From an uncultured Verrucomicrobia subdivision 3 bacterium (GTDB lineage: Bacteria > Verrucomicrobiota > Verrucomicrobiia > Limisphaerales > UBA8199): a stretch of DNA of 64,000 bases. Both the position numbers and the translations under genes were made by a program. This document shows positions 7,361 through 17,220 of this stretch, in pieces; position 1 is the stretch's first letter, and the number at the start of each line of letters is the position of its first letter. The DNA is taken from positions 151 through 64,150 of the forward strand of contig CAIWMU010000149.1 in NCBI GenBank assembly GCA_903913865.1, written 5' to 3'. The notes below the pieces were generated by a model that saw only the letters and a list, made by a program, of their open reading frames with translations, did not search any database and was not told the DNA's origin.

Positions 7361-9940
7361 TCAATGTCGGCGAAGGATGAGTCGGTGATCGACTCGGCGG
7401 GTTTGGGTGTAGTCGAGAGGCGGGAGGGTGGTCAATGTGGGGGACTCCGTCTCGTTGAGCATGCTTTTTGCCAGTTGCTGGAGCCGTTGCCAGCGCTCCC
7501 ACAATAGCTGGGGGGCATGGGCGATCTGGCGCAGGAGGCTGCGCCATTCTATGATTGCCCGGTCAATATCCCCGGGCCCCAGGCGCTCCGATATCCAGGC
7601 GTGTTTCGCGGCCGGGTCCTTGTGAACCGCGGCGACGATGACTTCGGCCCCGGCTCCATATTTGGGAGGCACACCGTTCTCCAGATAGCCCGGAACACTC
7701 TGGAGGCCGTAGGATCGATGGCATGTCTCGGCCAGGCGCCCACCCCACCGGTTTTCATCCCCGCAAAAACGAAACCCTCCATCGAGGTTTGCAATATCGT
7801 AAACCAGTTCCTCAAGCTGGTAGGAATCGTCCTCCAGCGCAGCGGCAAGGGCTAGCCCATCACCTTGGGAGAAAAAACTGACAAGCGTGCCCCTGCGTGT
7901 CGGCACTCCGGTGACATCGATGAGTCCCAACCGCCTCCACAGCAGGGCCACGCCGGTGGATGTCGGCAAGGCGGCGCATACCGCGATCCGCTCGCAGCGG
8001 GCGCAATCCGACGGAATCACATCCCGTTGGATGGGTTTCCAGATGGCCACACCGTGCCGATCCACCGGGACGCGGAGTGTCAGGTCTGCGATGCTTGTAA
8101 TGGCTAGAATCCGCTGACCTTCCTCTGCAAACCTGACCACAGGAGTTTTGTTTTGGGCGAGTTTTTCTATCACCAGGGGACGAAGTGACTCCAGCCAGAC
8201 CTGATCCGGGACCTGACGCCCACTCCAGTTCGTGAGGCGCCGAACCCATTTGGCGAGCAGAACCTTCCCTCCCTCCAACCGATCGGCCACGGTGGATGCC
8301 CGGCCATGAATCGTGATGCCATTTTCCTGGGAAAGGACGCAAAGAACCCCCTGACCAACCTTCTCCACGGCCGAAGCAGAACCGAGCGCGGCAACAAGCG
8401 AGGGAGGGGGGGCATCCAGGGCCCTGGTATCCGGAGTTTGTTGTGTGGCAGGGGTTAGAATCTCCCCCAGAGGTCGGGGATGTTGCTCGCACAGTGGTTC
8501 CCATTCGCCCCGGCTGTTGAGCATTTCCAAATAGCGTTTTCGAACGTGGCGGGCGCGCTCTGAGTCGGTGCGCAGGTTGCAGGGAGTGTCAGGGTGCTTC
8601 AACGACTCTTCGATTCCCAACACGATCGGTTTGGTGGTGAAAAGGCGATCCTGAGCCTGAACCGCCTCCCGGAAAGGGTCTTTCCCGCTTTCCGCCGCCA
8701 CGCGCATGATGCCCAGGAGGGCAGCCCAATCCACAGCGCGACTGCGGGTGAGGTGGCCGGGATGGCCATCCAGCAGGCGCAGTTCATTGGCGGTGATCAG
8801 GACGAAACCGGTCTCATCCAGTCCACGGCGTCCAGCGCGGCCGAACATCTGCATCAATTCATCAGCCCGCAACAATTGCTCGGCCTCCTCCCGGCGGTAG
8901 GATTCTCCCGCGAGCGCGACGCTGCGCAACGAGAAATTGATGCCAGCCGCCAGCCCCATCGTTGCGACCACGACTCGGAGCTGCCCCGCTTTGGCGAGTG
9001 GTTCGATCACTCCAGCCCGGGCACCATAGCTTAATCCGCTGTGGTGGTATGCCACGCGGGCCTTGAGCAAGCGTGTGAGACTCTCCCCGGCGATCGCCCG
9101 CTGTTCGGGTGTCAGTTGTAGAGGGTTCGGATTGGGGAGCTGGCGGGATAATTCGCCTGCCATGACTTCGGCTGCGTGACGGCGCGGGGCAAAAATCAGG
9201 ACCGGGCCCAGATCCTCAGCCAGGGCTTTGGCGACGAGCCGGGGCCAGTAGCCACGGATCTCGGAAGGAAGGTGGTAGTTCAGGGTGCTCGCATGGACCT
9301 CCTCAAGAGGCACGGGGCGGATGTCGTGGCGGATCAGCACAGCGGAACGTCCAAGGCGTTGCAACCAGTGAACGACATCCTGCGGATTGGCCACGCTGCC
9401 GCTCAGGAGCAGCAACTGCGTGTGCGCCGGAGCCATGGCGATGGCCAACTCATAGTTCAAGCCCCGATCCTGATCGCTGATCATCTGATATTCATCAACG
9501 ACAAGGAGTGATGGGCCGTCTCCGCAAATCAGGCGGTTCTTTTGAGTTTCAAGTGTTGCCACCAGAACAGGAGCGTCCAGATTCTCTGCCAGATCCCCGG
9601 TCGCAATCCCCACATTCCAACCCCGGGCACGCCATTCCGCCAGCTTGTCATTTGCTAGTGCCCGGGTTGGAACAGTATAGATCGCCTGGCCCCTGTTTTT
9701 CCCCTGATTGGACCACAGCTCAAAAACAAGCGTCTTCCCCGCGCCGGTGGGGGCCTGGACGACGACGTCCTGACCGGCACGGAGCGCGGCGACCGCCTGT
9801 TGCTGCCACAGGTCAGGCACTGCCATCTGCTGCAGCGCGGGCAGCGCATCAAGCTGTGAGCCAATACTTATCACGGGGGACAAGATAGACGCATCTTCCA
9901 CGGCGGGAAAGCCCGATGGGATGGATCGGGCAGGAAACAA
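7361..9940 (-). CDS. Ski2/HelY-like DEAD/DEAH-box helicase with a roughly 450-aa uncharacterised C-terminal half
   Basis: Motif I VQAPTGAGKT, motif II VVDEYQ, motif III LSGS and motif VI QMFGRAGRRGLD are present in the first 400 aa or so. The rest has no motif I recognise. An alternative start is the ATG at 9826 (MAVPDLWQQQ). Confidence 0.88.
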   Translation of the reverse strand: MFPARSIPSGFPAVEDASILSPVISIGSQLDALPALQQMAVPDLWQQQAVAALRAGQDVVVQAPTGAGKTLVFELWSNQGKNRGQAIYTVPTRALANDKLAEWRARGWNVGIATGDLAENLDAPVLVATLETQKNRLICGDGPSLLVVDEYQMISDQDRGLNYELAIAMAPAHTQLLLLSGSVANPQDVVHWLQRLGRSAVLIRHDIRPVPLEEVHASTLNYHLPSEIRGYWPRLVAKALAEDLGPVLIFAPRRHAAEVMAGELSRQLPNPNPLQLTPEQRAIAGESLTRLLKARVAYHHSGLSYGARAGVIEPLAKAGQLRVVVATMGLAAGINFSLRSVALAGESYRREEAEQLLRADELMQMFGRAGRRGLDETGFVLITANELRLLDGHPGHLTRSRAVDWAALLGIMRVAAESGKDPFREAVQAQDRLFTTKPIVLGIEESLKHPDTPCNLRTDSERARHVRKRYLEMLNSRGEWEPLCEQHPRPLGEILTPATQQTPDTRALDAPPPSLVAALGSASAVEKVGQGVLCVLSQENGITIHGRASTVADRLEGGKVLLAKWVRRLTNWSGRQVPDQVWLESLRPLVIEKLAQNKTPVVRFAEEGQRILAITSIADLTLRVPVDRHGVAIWKPIQRDVIPSDCARCERIAVCAALPTSTGVALLWRRLGLIDVTGVPTRRGTLVSFFSQGDGLALAAALEDDSYQLEELVYDIANLDGGFRFCGDENRWGGRLAETCHRSYGLQSVPGYLENGVPPKYGAGAEVIVAAVHKDPAAKHAWISERLGPGDIDRAIIEWRSLLRQIAHAPQLLWERWQRLQQLAKSMLNETESPTLTTLPPLDYTQTRRVDHRLILRRH

Positions 9941-10192
9941 CCCCGTTCTTCCTCAGGGCATCCCATTTCGACCGCATCGGTTGCCGGGGGGCGACGGGTC
10001 CTGGCTCAGGCGGATCCAGTATGGCGGACCATTCAAGCTTCAGGTATGCTACCGGCATGAAGTGCAAGAGCCATCATGGCAGGCGGGACAAGTTCTGGTT
10101 GATCAGCTTGCTGTCCATAGCGACATCACGCTGGAAGATCATGCCCTGCGGATTTCAAATGATGCGCAGGATCGATATCCATCCGAGTTGAT

Positions 10193-10942
10193 ATGGTCGT
10201 GAACCTTCCAGTTTCTTCCACAGTTGGGGCAGGTGCGCGAAACCCCATCTTCGAGGTGCGGGGATTAACCAAGATCTATGGCATGGGAGATGCGGAGGTG
10301 CAGGCCCTTGCCGGGGTGGATCTTGATCTCTTTGAAGGGGAGTTGGTTGTGTTGCTGGGGCCTTCCGGGAGTGGGAAGACTACGCTGCTTAACAATCTTG
10401 GAGGTCTGGACGTGCCAACAGCTGGTCAGTTGAGATATCGCGATTTTGATTTGTCCGATGCCAGTGAGGCCGAGTTGACGCAATACCGGAGGGACCGGGT
10501 GGGGTTTATTTTCCAGTTTTACAATTTGATTCCCAGCCTGACTGCTCTTGAGAACGTGGGGTTGATCACGGAGATCGCCCGCGATCCAATGCCTCCGGAG
10601 ACTGCCCTTGAAATGGTCAACCTGGGTGCACGGCTGGATCATTTCCCGGCGCAATTGTCCGGTGGTGAGCAGCAAAGGGTCGCGATCGCCCGGGCTATCG
10701 CCAAGCGTCCCGAGGTTCTGTTGTGCGATGAGCCAACGGGAGCCCTGGATGTGCGTACCGGAATTGTCGTTCTGGAGGCCATTCAACGGGTCAACCGGGA
10801 GTTGGGGACGCTCACGGTGATCATCACACACAATGCCATCATGGCGGATATGGCTGACCGGGTGATCCACTTTTCGGACGGGCGTGTGCATCACATCCAT
10901 GAAAATCCGGAGCGGGCTCCGGCGAGTTCGCTCAAGTGGTGA
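10193..10942 (+). CDS. ABC transporter ATP-binding protein (MacB/LolD/FtsE-type)
   Basis: Walker [10 protein letters not shown], signature [14 protein letters not shown] and Walker [12 protein letters not shown] are present. Confidence 0.95.
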   Translation: MVVNLPVSSTVGAGARNPIFEVRGLTKIYGMGDAEVQALAGVDLDLFEGELVVLLGPSGSGKTTLLNNLGGLDVPTAGQLRYRDFDLSDASEAELTQYRRDRVGFIFQFYNLIPSLTALENVGLITEIARDPMPPETALEMVNLGARLDHFPAQLSGGEQQRVAIARAIAKRPEVLLCDEPTGALDVRTGIVVLEAIQRVNRELGTLTVIITHNAIMADMADRVIHFSDGRVHHIHENPERAPASSLKW

Positions 10943-13308
10943 TGATTTCCCATCTGGATAGAAAATTGCTAAGGGATCTGCGCCGGTTGAAGGGGCAGGC
11001 CGTGGCAGTTGCCCTCGTCATGGCGTGTGGTTTGGCGATGATGATCATGGCCCGCAGCCTGATTCACTCCCTCGACACAACGCGGCAGGTCTATTACGAG
11101 GAGAACCGCTTTGCCGATGTCTTTGCCTACCTAAAGCGCGCACCCAATTCCCTCGTGGCGCGAATTGCGGAAATCCCGGGTGTGGCGACGGTGCAGCCGG
11201 ATTTGGCGGTCCAGACCACTCTGGATATGCCCAACATGGATGAGCCTGCCAGCGGCATGGTCCGATCCCTCCCTGATTTTGAGGAGCCCGCACTCAACAG
11301 GCTCTTTCTCCGCGCAGGTCGGTGGCTCACCCCGGGAGCATCGCATGAGGTGCTTGTTGGTGAAGCTTTTGCAGATGCCAACCAGTTGCATCCCGGTGAC
11401 TGCATCACCATGCTTCTAAACGGCCGCAGGCAGGTGATGAGGATCGCCGGGATCGTCCTATCGCCGGAATATATTTTTGAGTCACGTCCCGGAGCGGCCC
11501 TTCCGGACAACCGGACCTATGGAACTTTTTGGATGCTCTACCGGGACCTGTCAGCCGCATTTGATATTTACGGGGGATTCAACCACATCTCGATCAGTCT
11601 TGCACCCGGGGCATCCGAGCGGCCGGTGATCAGCGCCCTGGATGAATTGTTGAGACCCTATGGCGGCCGCGGCGCCTACGGTCGCGAAGACCACCCCTCC
11701 CACATTCGTGTTTCGGACGAAATCAGGATTCTGAAGACGCTCTCTATTGGATTTCCGCTCGTGTTTCTAAGTGTGGCGGCCTTCATGACAAACGCAGTGC
11801 TGACCCGGTTGCTGGCGTTACAGAGGGAGCAGATAGCGGTGTTGAAAGCCTTTGGCTTTCGCAACAGCCAGATTGTGATCCATTATTTGAAGTTCGGCCT
11901 CGTGATGGTCGTGGGGGGCACAGTAATGGGGGCAGGGGGGGGTGTTGTGCTGGGGCATCAACTGGTGGAGATGTATCACCGTTTTTTTCGCTTTCCAGAC
12001 CTTTCGTTCAGGCTCGACCAGACCGCCTTTCCCCTTGCGCTCGTGGTCTGCACCTTCGCTGCAACGGCCGGGGTATACAGTGCGGTGCGCCGGGCGGCGA
12101 AACTGCCCCCTGCTGAGGCGATGCGACCGGAGCCACCGGCAAACTACCGCCCGTCCTTGCTGGAGCGGACCGGGGTTGCCCGGGTGTTTTCCCATACCTT
12201 CAGGATTGCGATCAGGAATCTGGAGCGCAGGCCGTTTCAGGCAGTTTTCACCGTTGCGGGACTCGCACTGGCCACGGGCATTCTGATCGTGCCGAATGCC
12301 TTCCGCGATGGAGTGGATCAGGTGCTGGATTTCCAATGGGATGTCGTGCAGCGTCAGGATCTGGGGATCGGCCTTGTTGAGCCGGGCAGTTCGCAGATCG
12401 TGAATCTTTTCCGGCGCCTTCCAGGTGTGGTGATGGTGGAGCCGACCCGGGCGGCATTTGTCCGGATCCGTTTCGGGCATCAGCGCAGGCAGTTGGGCAT
12501 ACAGGGGATACTCCCATCCGGGTTGCACACCCGTGTGGTGGACCGGTTCTCCCTGCCTATCTCCCTGCCTGAGAGTGGAATGGTTGTCTCGGCCAAACTT
12601 GCGGAGGTTCTTGGTGCCCGCGTGGGGGATGATCTCGAGGTGGAAGTGCTTGAGGGGAGGCGGCCCACCCGATTGGTGCGGCTGGTCGGTCTGGCCGAAG
12701 ACTTTGCAGGCATGGCCGCCTACATGGATATTCACGCCGTCAACCGCTTGCTTGGGGAGGGGGATGTGATCACGGGCGCCTCCTTCCGTGTGGATGACCG
12801 GGAACGCGGACGGTTTTTGCGCGCGTTGAAGGACATTCCCCGTGTGGCCTGGGTGGCGGTGAAGAATTCGCTTAGAAACAATTTTCGGGAAACCACGGCG
12901 GCGAGTATCGGCTTGATCCAGAAAATCTACATGGTATTCGCGATTGTCGTCGCATTTGGGGTGGTTTATAACAATGCCCGCATCTCGCTCGCGGAGCGGG
13001 CCCGGGAGCTGGCAACACTGCGTGTGGTCGGCTTTTCGCAACGGGAGGTGGGGGCGGTGCTGATCACTGAACTGGTGATTCTGGCTGTGCTGGCGGTCCC
13101 GGTTGGGTTGCTGCTGGGAACAGGCTTTGCGGCCGGGATCATGCGGGCAGTGAACACCGAGACCGTGAGGTTGCCGCTGGTGCTTACGGCATCCAACTAC
13201 GCGTTTGCGGTGCTTGTGGTTCTGGTGGCATCAAGCGTCTCTGCGCTCGTCGTTTTACGCAAATTGAGTCAACTTGATCTTGTGGGCGCTTTGAAGGCGC
13301 CGGAGTAG
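10942..13308 (+). CDS. ABC transporter permease with duplicated FtsX-type modules
   Basis: Long ORF (790 aa from the track's GTG at 10936) with two blocks of FtsX-like transmembrane helices separated by large extracytoplasmic regions. The ATG at 10942 overlaps the upstream TGA (TGATG), implying translational coupling. Confidence 0.9.
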   Translation: MISHLDRKLLRDLRRLKGQAVAVALVMACGLAMMIMARSLIHSLDTTRQVYYEENRFADVFAYLKRAPNSLVARIAEIPGVATVQPDLAVQTTLDMPNMDEPASGMVRSLPDFEEPALNRLFLRAGRWLTPGASHEVLVGEAFADANQLHPGDCITMLLNGRRQVMRIAGIVLSPEYIFESRPGAALPDNRTYGTFWMLYRDLSAAFDIYGGFNHISISLAPGASERPVISALDELLRPYGGRGAYGREDHPSHIRVSDEIRILKTLSIGFPLVFLSVAAFMTNAVLTRLLALQREQIAVLKAFGFRNSQIVIHYLKFGLVMVVGGTVMGAGGGVVLGHQLVEMYHRFFRFPDLSFRLDQTAFPLALVVCTFAATAGVYSAVRRAAKLPPAEAMRPEPPANYRPSLLERTGVARVFSHTFRIAIRNLERRPFQAVFTVAGLALATGILIVPNAFRDGVDQVLDFQWDVVQRQDLGIGLVEPGSSQIVNLFRRLPGVVMVEPTRAAFVRIRFGHQRRQLGIQGILPSGLHTRVVDRFSLPISLPESGMVVSAKLAEVLGARVGDDLEVEVLEGRRPTRLVRLVGLAEDFAGMAAYMDIHAVNRLLGEGDVITGASFRVDDRERGRFLRALKDIPRVAWVAVKNSLRNNFRETTAASIGLIQKIYMVFAIVVAFGVVYNNARISLAERARELATLRVVGFSQREVGAVLITELVILAVLAVPVGLLLGTGFAAGIMRAVNTETVRLPLVLTASNYAFAVLVVLVASSVSALVVLRKLSQLDLVGALKAPE

Positions 13309-13319
13309 ATAGACCTGAG

Positions 13320-14540
13320 ATGAAAGAGAATTTGAGTTCAACATCCATTGAGGCCAAGGGGGCCCGGCGGGCCGGGTCAGCAGGGTCGATGCTTCGTCGT
13401 TGTCTGCCCTATGTCGGACTGGCCGGTGTGGTCGTCCTCATCACGGCGGGTCTTTGGCCCCGGCCCGTTCCTGCGGAGATTGCCTCCGTCAGCATGGGCC
13501 CACTCCGCACCGTTGTCAGCGAGGAGGGCAAGACGCGCATCCGGCAGCGCTATACTGTCAGTGCCCCGGTGGGTGGCCAGTTGCGCCGGTTCCCGCTCAA
13601 GCCGGGTGCGGTGGTTCTTTCCAACGAGACGGTGGTAGCCACGATTGATCCCGTCACTCCCCCCGTGCTCGATGCCCGATCCCGTGGCATGGCCGAGGCT
13701 CGGCGTGACGCTGCGTCGGCAAGTGTGGGAAAATACAGGGCATCCCACGATTTTGCTGCCCGGGAGCTTAAAAGACTGGAGGGTCTCTTCCAGCAGCAAA
13801 CCATTTCGATTCAGGATCTGGAACGGGCCCGGCTGGCTGAGGCTTCGGCAGCAGAGGAGTTGAAAGCAGGGGAGGGTGCACTGCGCCAGATTGATGCGGA
13901 ACTGATAGAGTTCAGCCGGTTTCCTGCGAGAGTTGTGGCTCCAGTTGAAGTCAGGGCACCCGCCTCCGGCCGGGTCTTACGTGTTTTTGAGGAAAACTCG
14001 CGGGTGGTGAGTTCAGGAACACCCCTGCTGGAGATCGGTGATCCCACCGATTTGGAAGTGGTTGTGGAGGTTCTGTCGCGGGATGGGGCCTCCATCCTGC
14101 CGGGGACCCGGATTGAATTTGAACAGTGGGGCGGGACAGGGCCACTGCAAGGAACGGTTCGCCTGGTGGAACCGGCCGCCTTCACCAAGATTTCGGCTTT
14201 GGGTGTCGAAGAGCAACGGGTTCGGTTGGTTGCGGATCTGACCACTCCCCCTGAGCAACGCCCGACACTTGGGGATAATTTTCGTGTGGACGCCCGCGTG
14301 ATCACATGGGAAACCGAGCGGGGAATGAAGATTCCCTCCGGGGCGCTCTTCCACATAGGCAACTCTGCCGGGGTGTTCCTCGTGGAGGGAAGCCGGGCGC
14401 GACTGCGGCAAGTGAAGGTGGGGCATTCCAGTGGCGCCGAAGTCCAGGTCCTTGAGGGGGTGAAAGAGGGGGATGAAGTGATCATCTACCCGGGGAACCG
14501 AATCAAGGAAGGTCAACGGGTGAGCCGGATCGGTTCGTGA
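13320..14540 (+). CDS. HlyD-family periplasmic adaptor (membrane fusion protein)
   Basis: It has an N-terminal TM helix (VGLAGVVVLITAGLW), a coiled-coil hairpin (RELKRLEGLFQQQTISIQDLERARLAEASAAEELKAGEGALRQIDAEL) and a beta-barrel C-terminus. It begins 12 nt after the permease stop. Confidence 0.9.
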   Translation: MKENLSSTSIEAKGARRAGSAGSMLRRCLPYVGLAGVVVLITAGLWPRPVPAEIASVSMGPLRTVVSEEGKTRIRQRYTVSAPVGGQLRRFPLKPGAVVLSNETVVATIDPVTPPVLDARSRGMAEARRDAASASVGKYRASHDFAARELKRLEGLFQQQTISIQDLERARLAEASAAEELKAGEGALRQIDAELIEFSRFPARVVAPVEVRAPASGRVLRVFEENSRVVSSGTPLLEIGDPTDLEVVVEVLSRDGASILPGTRIEFEQWGGTGPLQGTVRLVEPAAFTKISALGVEEQRVRLVADLTTPPEQRPTLGDNFRVDARVITWETERGMKIPSGALFHIGNSAGVFLVEGSRARLRQVKVGHSSGAEVQVLEGVKEGDEVIIYPGNRIKEGQRVSRIGS

Positions 14541-14708
14541 ACGGTTGAGTCCGACCGTGGGGCAATCAAGTCCCGGAGTTTCGGTTCCATCCGGCCAACT
14601 GCCTTGGATTTGCCCTGTTTTTCCGGCAGGCTATGTGTCGGCATTGTTGGGGGCCTCATGGAGTTCCGAATTCCCGGTATGGTATTGACGTCGGGAGGAT
14701 GTTCGAGG

Positions 14709-15689
14709 TTACGGATTTGTTCGTTTTCCCAAAGAGCGGAAGCCGCGGGCATTCAGGTTGTGCCGCCAGGCATCGAGGATCACTGCGCCCACGATGACGA
14801 TGCCTGTGATGACACGTTTGGTCGGTTCGGAAGCTCCCACCTGTGCGAGTCCAGCCTCAAGGGTGGCGATGATGAGCACACCAAAAAAGGTTCTTACGAC
14901 GGACCCGCGTCCTCCCATGAGGCTTGTTCCACCGATCACAACGGCTGCAATCGCTGAGAGTTCCAGTCCCATGCCGGCGTTGGGGTCTGAGGATCCGAGT
15001 CGGGAGGTATGGAAAACTCCCCCCAATCCACTCAGTAATCCGAGCAGGGCAAACACAGCAATCTTGGCCGGTTTTGGGTTGATTCCCGCAAGACGCACGG
15101 CCTCTTCGTTGGTGCCGATCGCAACCAGATGGCGTCCGAACACCGTGCGGGACAAGGCGACCTGACTGCAGATGATAACAAACAATGCCATCAGGAATGC
15201 AGGTGAAATCCCCAACCCTGGAATCGGGGCCGACATCGGTTCCACGGGGCTGCCAATATATTTTGTCTGCGAGTTTGTGGACAGATAGGCAAGCCCCCGG
15301 GCGATTTCCAGCATCCCCAGCGTCACGATGAAGGAGGGAATCCGGAAAAAGACGCTAATGACGCCGTTGAGCGTTCCCGCGACCAGACCGATGCCAAGTG
15401 CAAGGAGCGTGGCGACCCAACAGGGGAGGTGAGCATTCACCAGCGCAACTCCCATCACCGATCCGCAGAGGCCAAGGACCGAACCAACAGACAGGTCGAT
15501 GCCGCCTATGATCAGGACCAGCGTCATCCCGGTCGCCACCACCGCAAGCGAGGGTATTCGGTTGGCGAGGCTTGAGAATGTGGCACCTGTGAGGAAGTTC
15601 TGGCTCAGCAGGCCGAACATGACGAGCAAGCCGACCCAGATACCGAGCATCGCCGCATACTCGGCGAGCTTTTTTGGCGTGGATGTCAT
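14709..15689 (-). CDS. rbsC: Ribose/sugar ABC transporter permease
   Basis: The ORF track entry is trimmed to the ATG at 15689 (MTSTPKKLAEYAAMLGIWVG). This start overlaps the rbsA stop as ATGA. The protein is a typical CUT2 permease (GGIDLSVGS, RLGSSDPNAG). Confidence 0.9.
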   Translation of the reverse strand: MTSTPKKLAEYAAMLGIWVGLLVMFGLLSQNFLTGATFSSLANRIPSLAVVATGMTLVLIIGGIDLSVGSVLGLCGSVMGVALVNAHLPCWVATLLALGIGLVAGTLNGVISVFFRIPSFIVTLGMLEIARGLAYLSTNSQTKYIGSPVEPMSAPIPGLGISPAFLMALFVIICSQVALSRTVFGRHLVAIGTNEEAVRLAGINPKPAKIAVFALLGLLSGLGGVFHTSRLGSSDPNAGMGLELSAIAAVVIGGTSLMGGRGSVVRTFFGVLIIATLEAGLAQVGASEPTKRVITGIVIVGAVILDAWRHNLNARGFRSLGKRTNP

Positions 15690-17212
15690 GTGGTTTGTTT
15701 GCTTTCTCGAGTGTCCAGATAACCGGCAAAGGCGGCCTGAGTCACTTTCTCCTGTGTCCAGGTGGAGGGGGTGAATTCGGCTGTTATCCTGCCGCGTGAA
15801 AGCACCAGGATGCGGTCGCAAACGGCCATCAATTCCAGAAGTTCGCTCGAGACAACCACCAGGGCTTTCGACTGGCCTGCCAGGTCTCGCAGCAGTTGGT
15901 GGATTGTATCTTTTGCCGCAGCGTCGATACCCCGGGTCGGTTCATCGAAGAGGAGAATGCCACAGTCGCGGGCAAGCCAGCGGGCGATGACCACCTTTTG
16001 CTGGTTTCCCCCGCTCAACTCACGAACTGGCTGTCCGGATGAGGAGCATCGAACCTCAAGCCGATCACAGAAATCTTTTGTCGTGGCTGCCTCGGCACTT
16101 GAGTCCATCCACCCGAACCGGTTCGCGTGTCCCGGGATCGTGCTGAGGGTTGTGTTGATGAGGATCGACTGTGGAAGGAGCAGTCCCTGATGTTTGCGGT
16201 CCTCAGGGACAAGTCCAATGCCAGCACGAAGAGCATCCTGAGGGTTGTTGATGGTTGCTTGCTGACCATTGACAATGATCTCCCCTCCATCTTTCGCATC
16301 AGCTCCGAAGATCGCCCGCAGAGTTTCTGTTCTGCCCGAGCCTATCAACCCCGCAATCCCAAGGATCTCACCGTGCCTGACTCCGAAGCTGACTTGATGC
16401 AGGACGTCCGCTGACGTGAGGTTCTCCACTTGCAACGCCCATCCTCCTGTCGGACCGGCATCCAGGGGATTCCGTTCCGTAAGATCGTGACCCACCATTT
16501 CCCGGATTAGTTGCGAAGGGATCACATCCGTCGCTGTGTGAGTGGCCACCATCCGGCCATCACGCATCACGGTGATCCGGTCGGCGATCCGTTGGATTTC
16601 ATCCATGCGGTGGCTGATGTAGATGATGCCAACCCCCTCGCTCTGGAGCCTCCGAATGTTTGCAAACAGTTGCTCGATTTCGGGATCAGTCAGTGCGGCT
16701 GTCGGTTCATCGAGAATGATCAGGCGGGAATTCCGGGCCAGTATCCCGGCGATTTCGACCAACTGTTGCTGGCCCATCCCCAAGGCTGAAGCCGGAGTGG
16801 ATGGGCTGACATGTGCGAGGCCGACGCGGTCGAGAGCCCTCCGGGTCGCCTCGTGCAACACATGATATCGGATGAACCCGGCTGTGCGCGGCAGGCAATT
16901 CAGAAAGATGTTCTCAGCAACACTCAGGGTGCCTATCACGTTGAGTTCCTGAAGCACCATGGTGACGCCCGCATCCTCAGCCTCGCGTTTGGACCTGGGC
17001 GAATATGGGCGCCCTAGAATCTGCATGGATCCCCCGTCGGGGAGTGTGAGCCCCGACAGGATGCGTGCGAAAGTGGATTTACCGGCACCGTTGCTGCCGA
17101 CAAGGGCGTGAACTTCTCCGGGCCGCAGGGAGAAATCAAAGTCGACCAAAACGGGGACGTTATAGCTCTTTACAAGTCCTTTGACTTGCAGGAGCGGTGC
17201 CGGATTTTCCAT
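15686..17212 (-). CDS. rbsA: Ribose/sugar ABC transporter ATP-binding protein (duplicated ATPase)
   Basis: It carries two ABC cassettes: GSNGAGKST with LGMGQQQLVEIA and LIILDEPTAAL, then LSGGNQQKVVIARW with LLFDEPTRGID. Confidence 0.93.
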   Translation of the reverse strand: MENPAPLLQVKGLVKSYNVPVLVDFDFSLRPGEVHALVGSNGAGKSTFARILSGLTLPDGGSMQILGRPYSPRSKREAEDAGVTMVLQELNVIGTLSVAENIFLNCLPRTAGFIRYHVLHEATRRALDRVGLAHVSPSTPASALGMGQQQLVEIAGILARNSRLIILDEPTAALTDPEIEQLFANIRRLQSEGVGIIYISHRMDEIQRIADRITVMRDGRMVATHTATDVIPSQLIREMVGHDLTERNPLDAGPTGGWALQVENLTSADVLHQVSFGVRHGEILGIAGLIGSGRTETLRAIFGADAKDGGEIIVNGQQATINNPQDALRAGIGLVPEDRKHQGLLLPQSILINTTLSTIPGHANRFGWMDSSAEAATTKDFCDRLEVRCSSSGQPVRELSGGNQQKVVIARWLARDCGILLFDEPTRGIDAAAKDTIHQLLRDLAGQSKALVVVSSELLELMAVCDRILVLSRGRITAEFTPSTWTQEKVTQAAFAGYLDTRESKQTT

Positions 17213-17220
17213 TCGGAAGG

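Noticed and set aside
11818-13041. 407-aa ORF antisense to the FtsX permease. Similar long antisense or out-of-frame ORFs are 48386..49687 (-), 45530..46381 (-), 62767..63714 (-), 21967..22758 (-), 23554..24306 (-), 59570..60331 (-), 10265..10900 (-) and 43889..44632 (-).
   Set aside because: The translations are Arg/Pro/Gly/His-rich with no motifs, and each fully overlaps a gene with clear family signatures on the other strand. This is the typical stop-codon depletion seen in GC-rich DNA.
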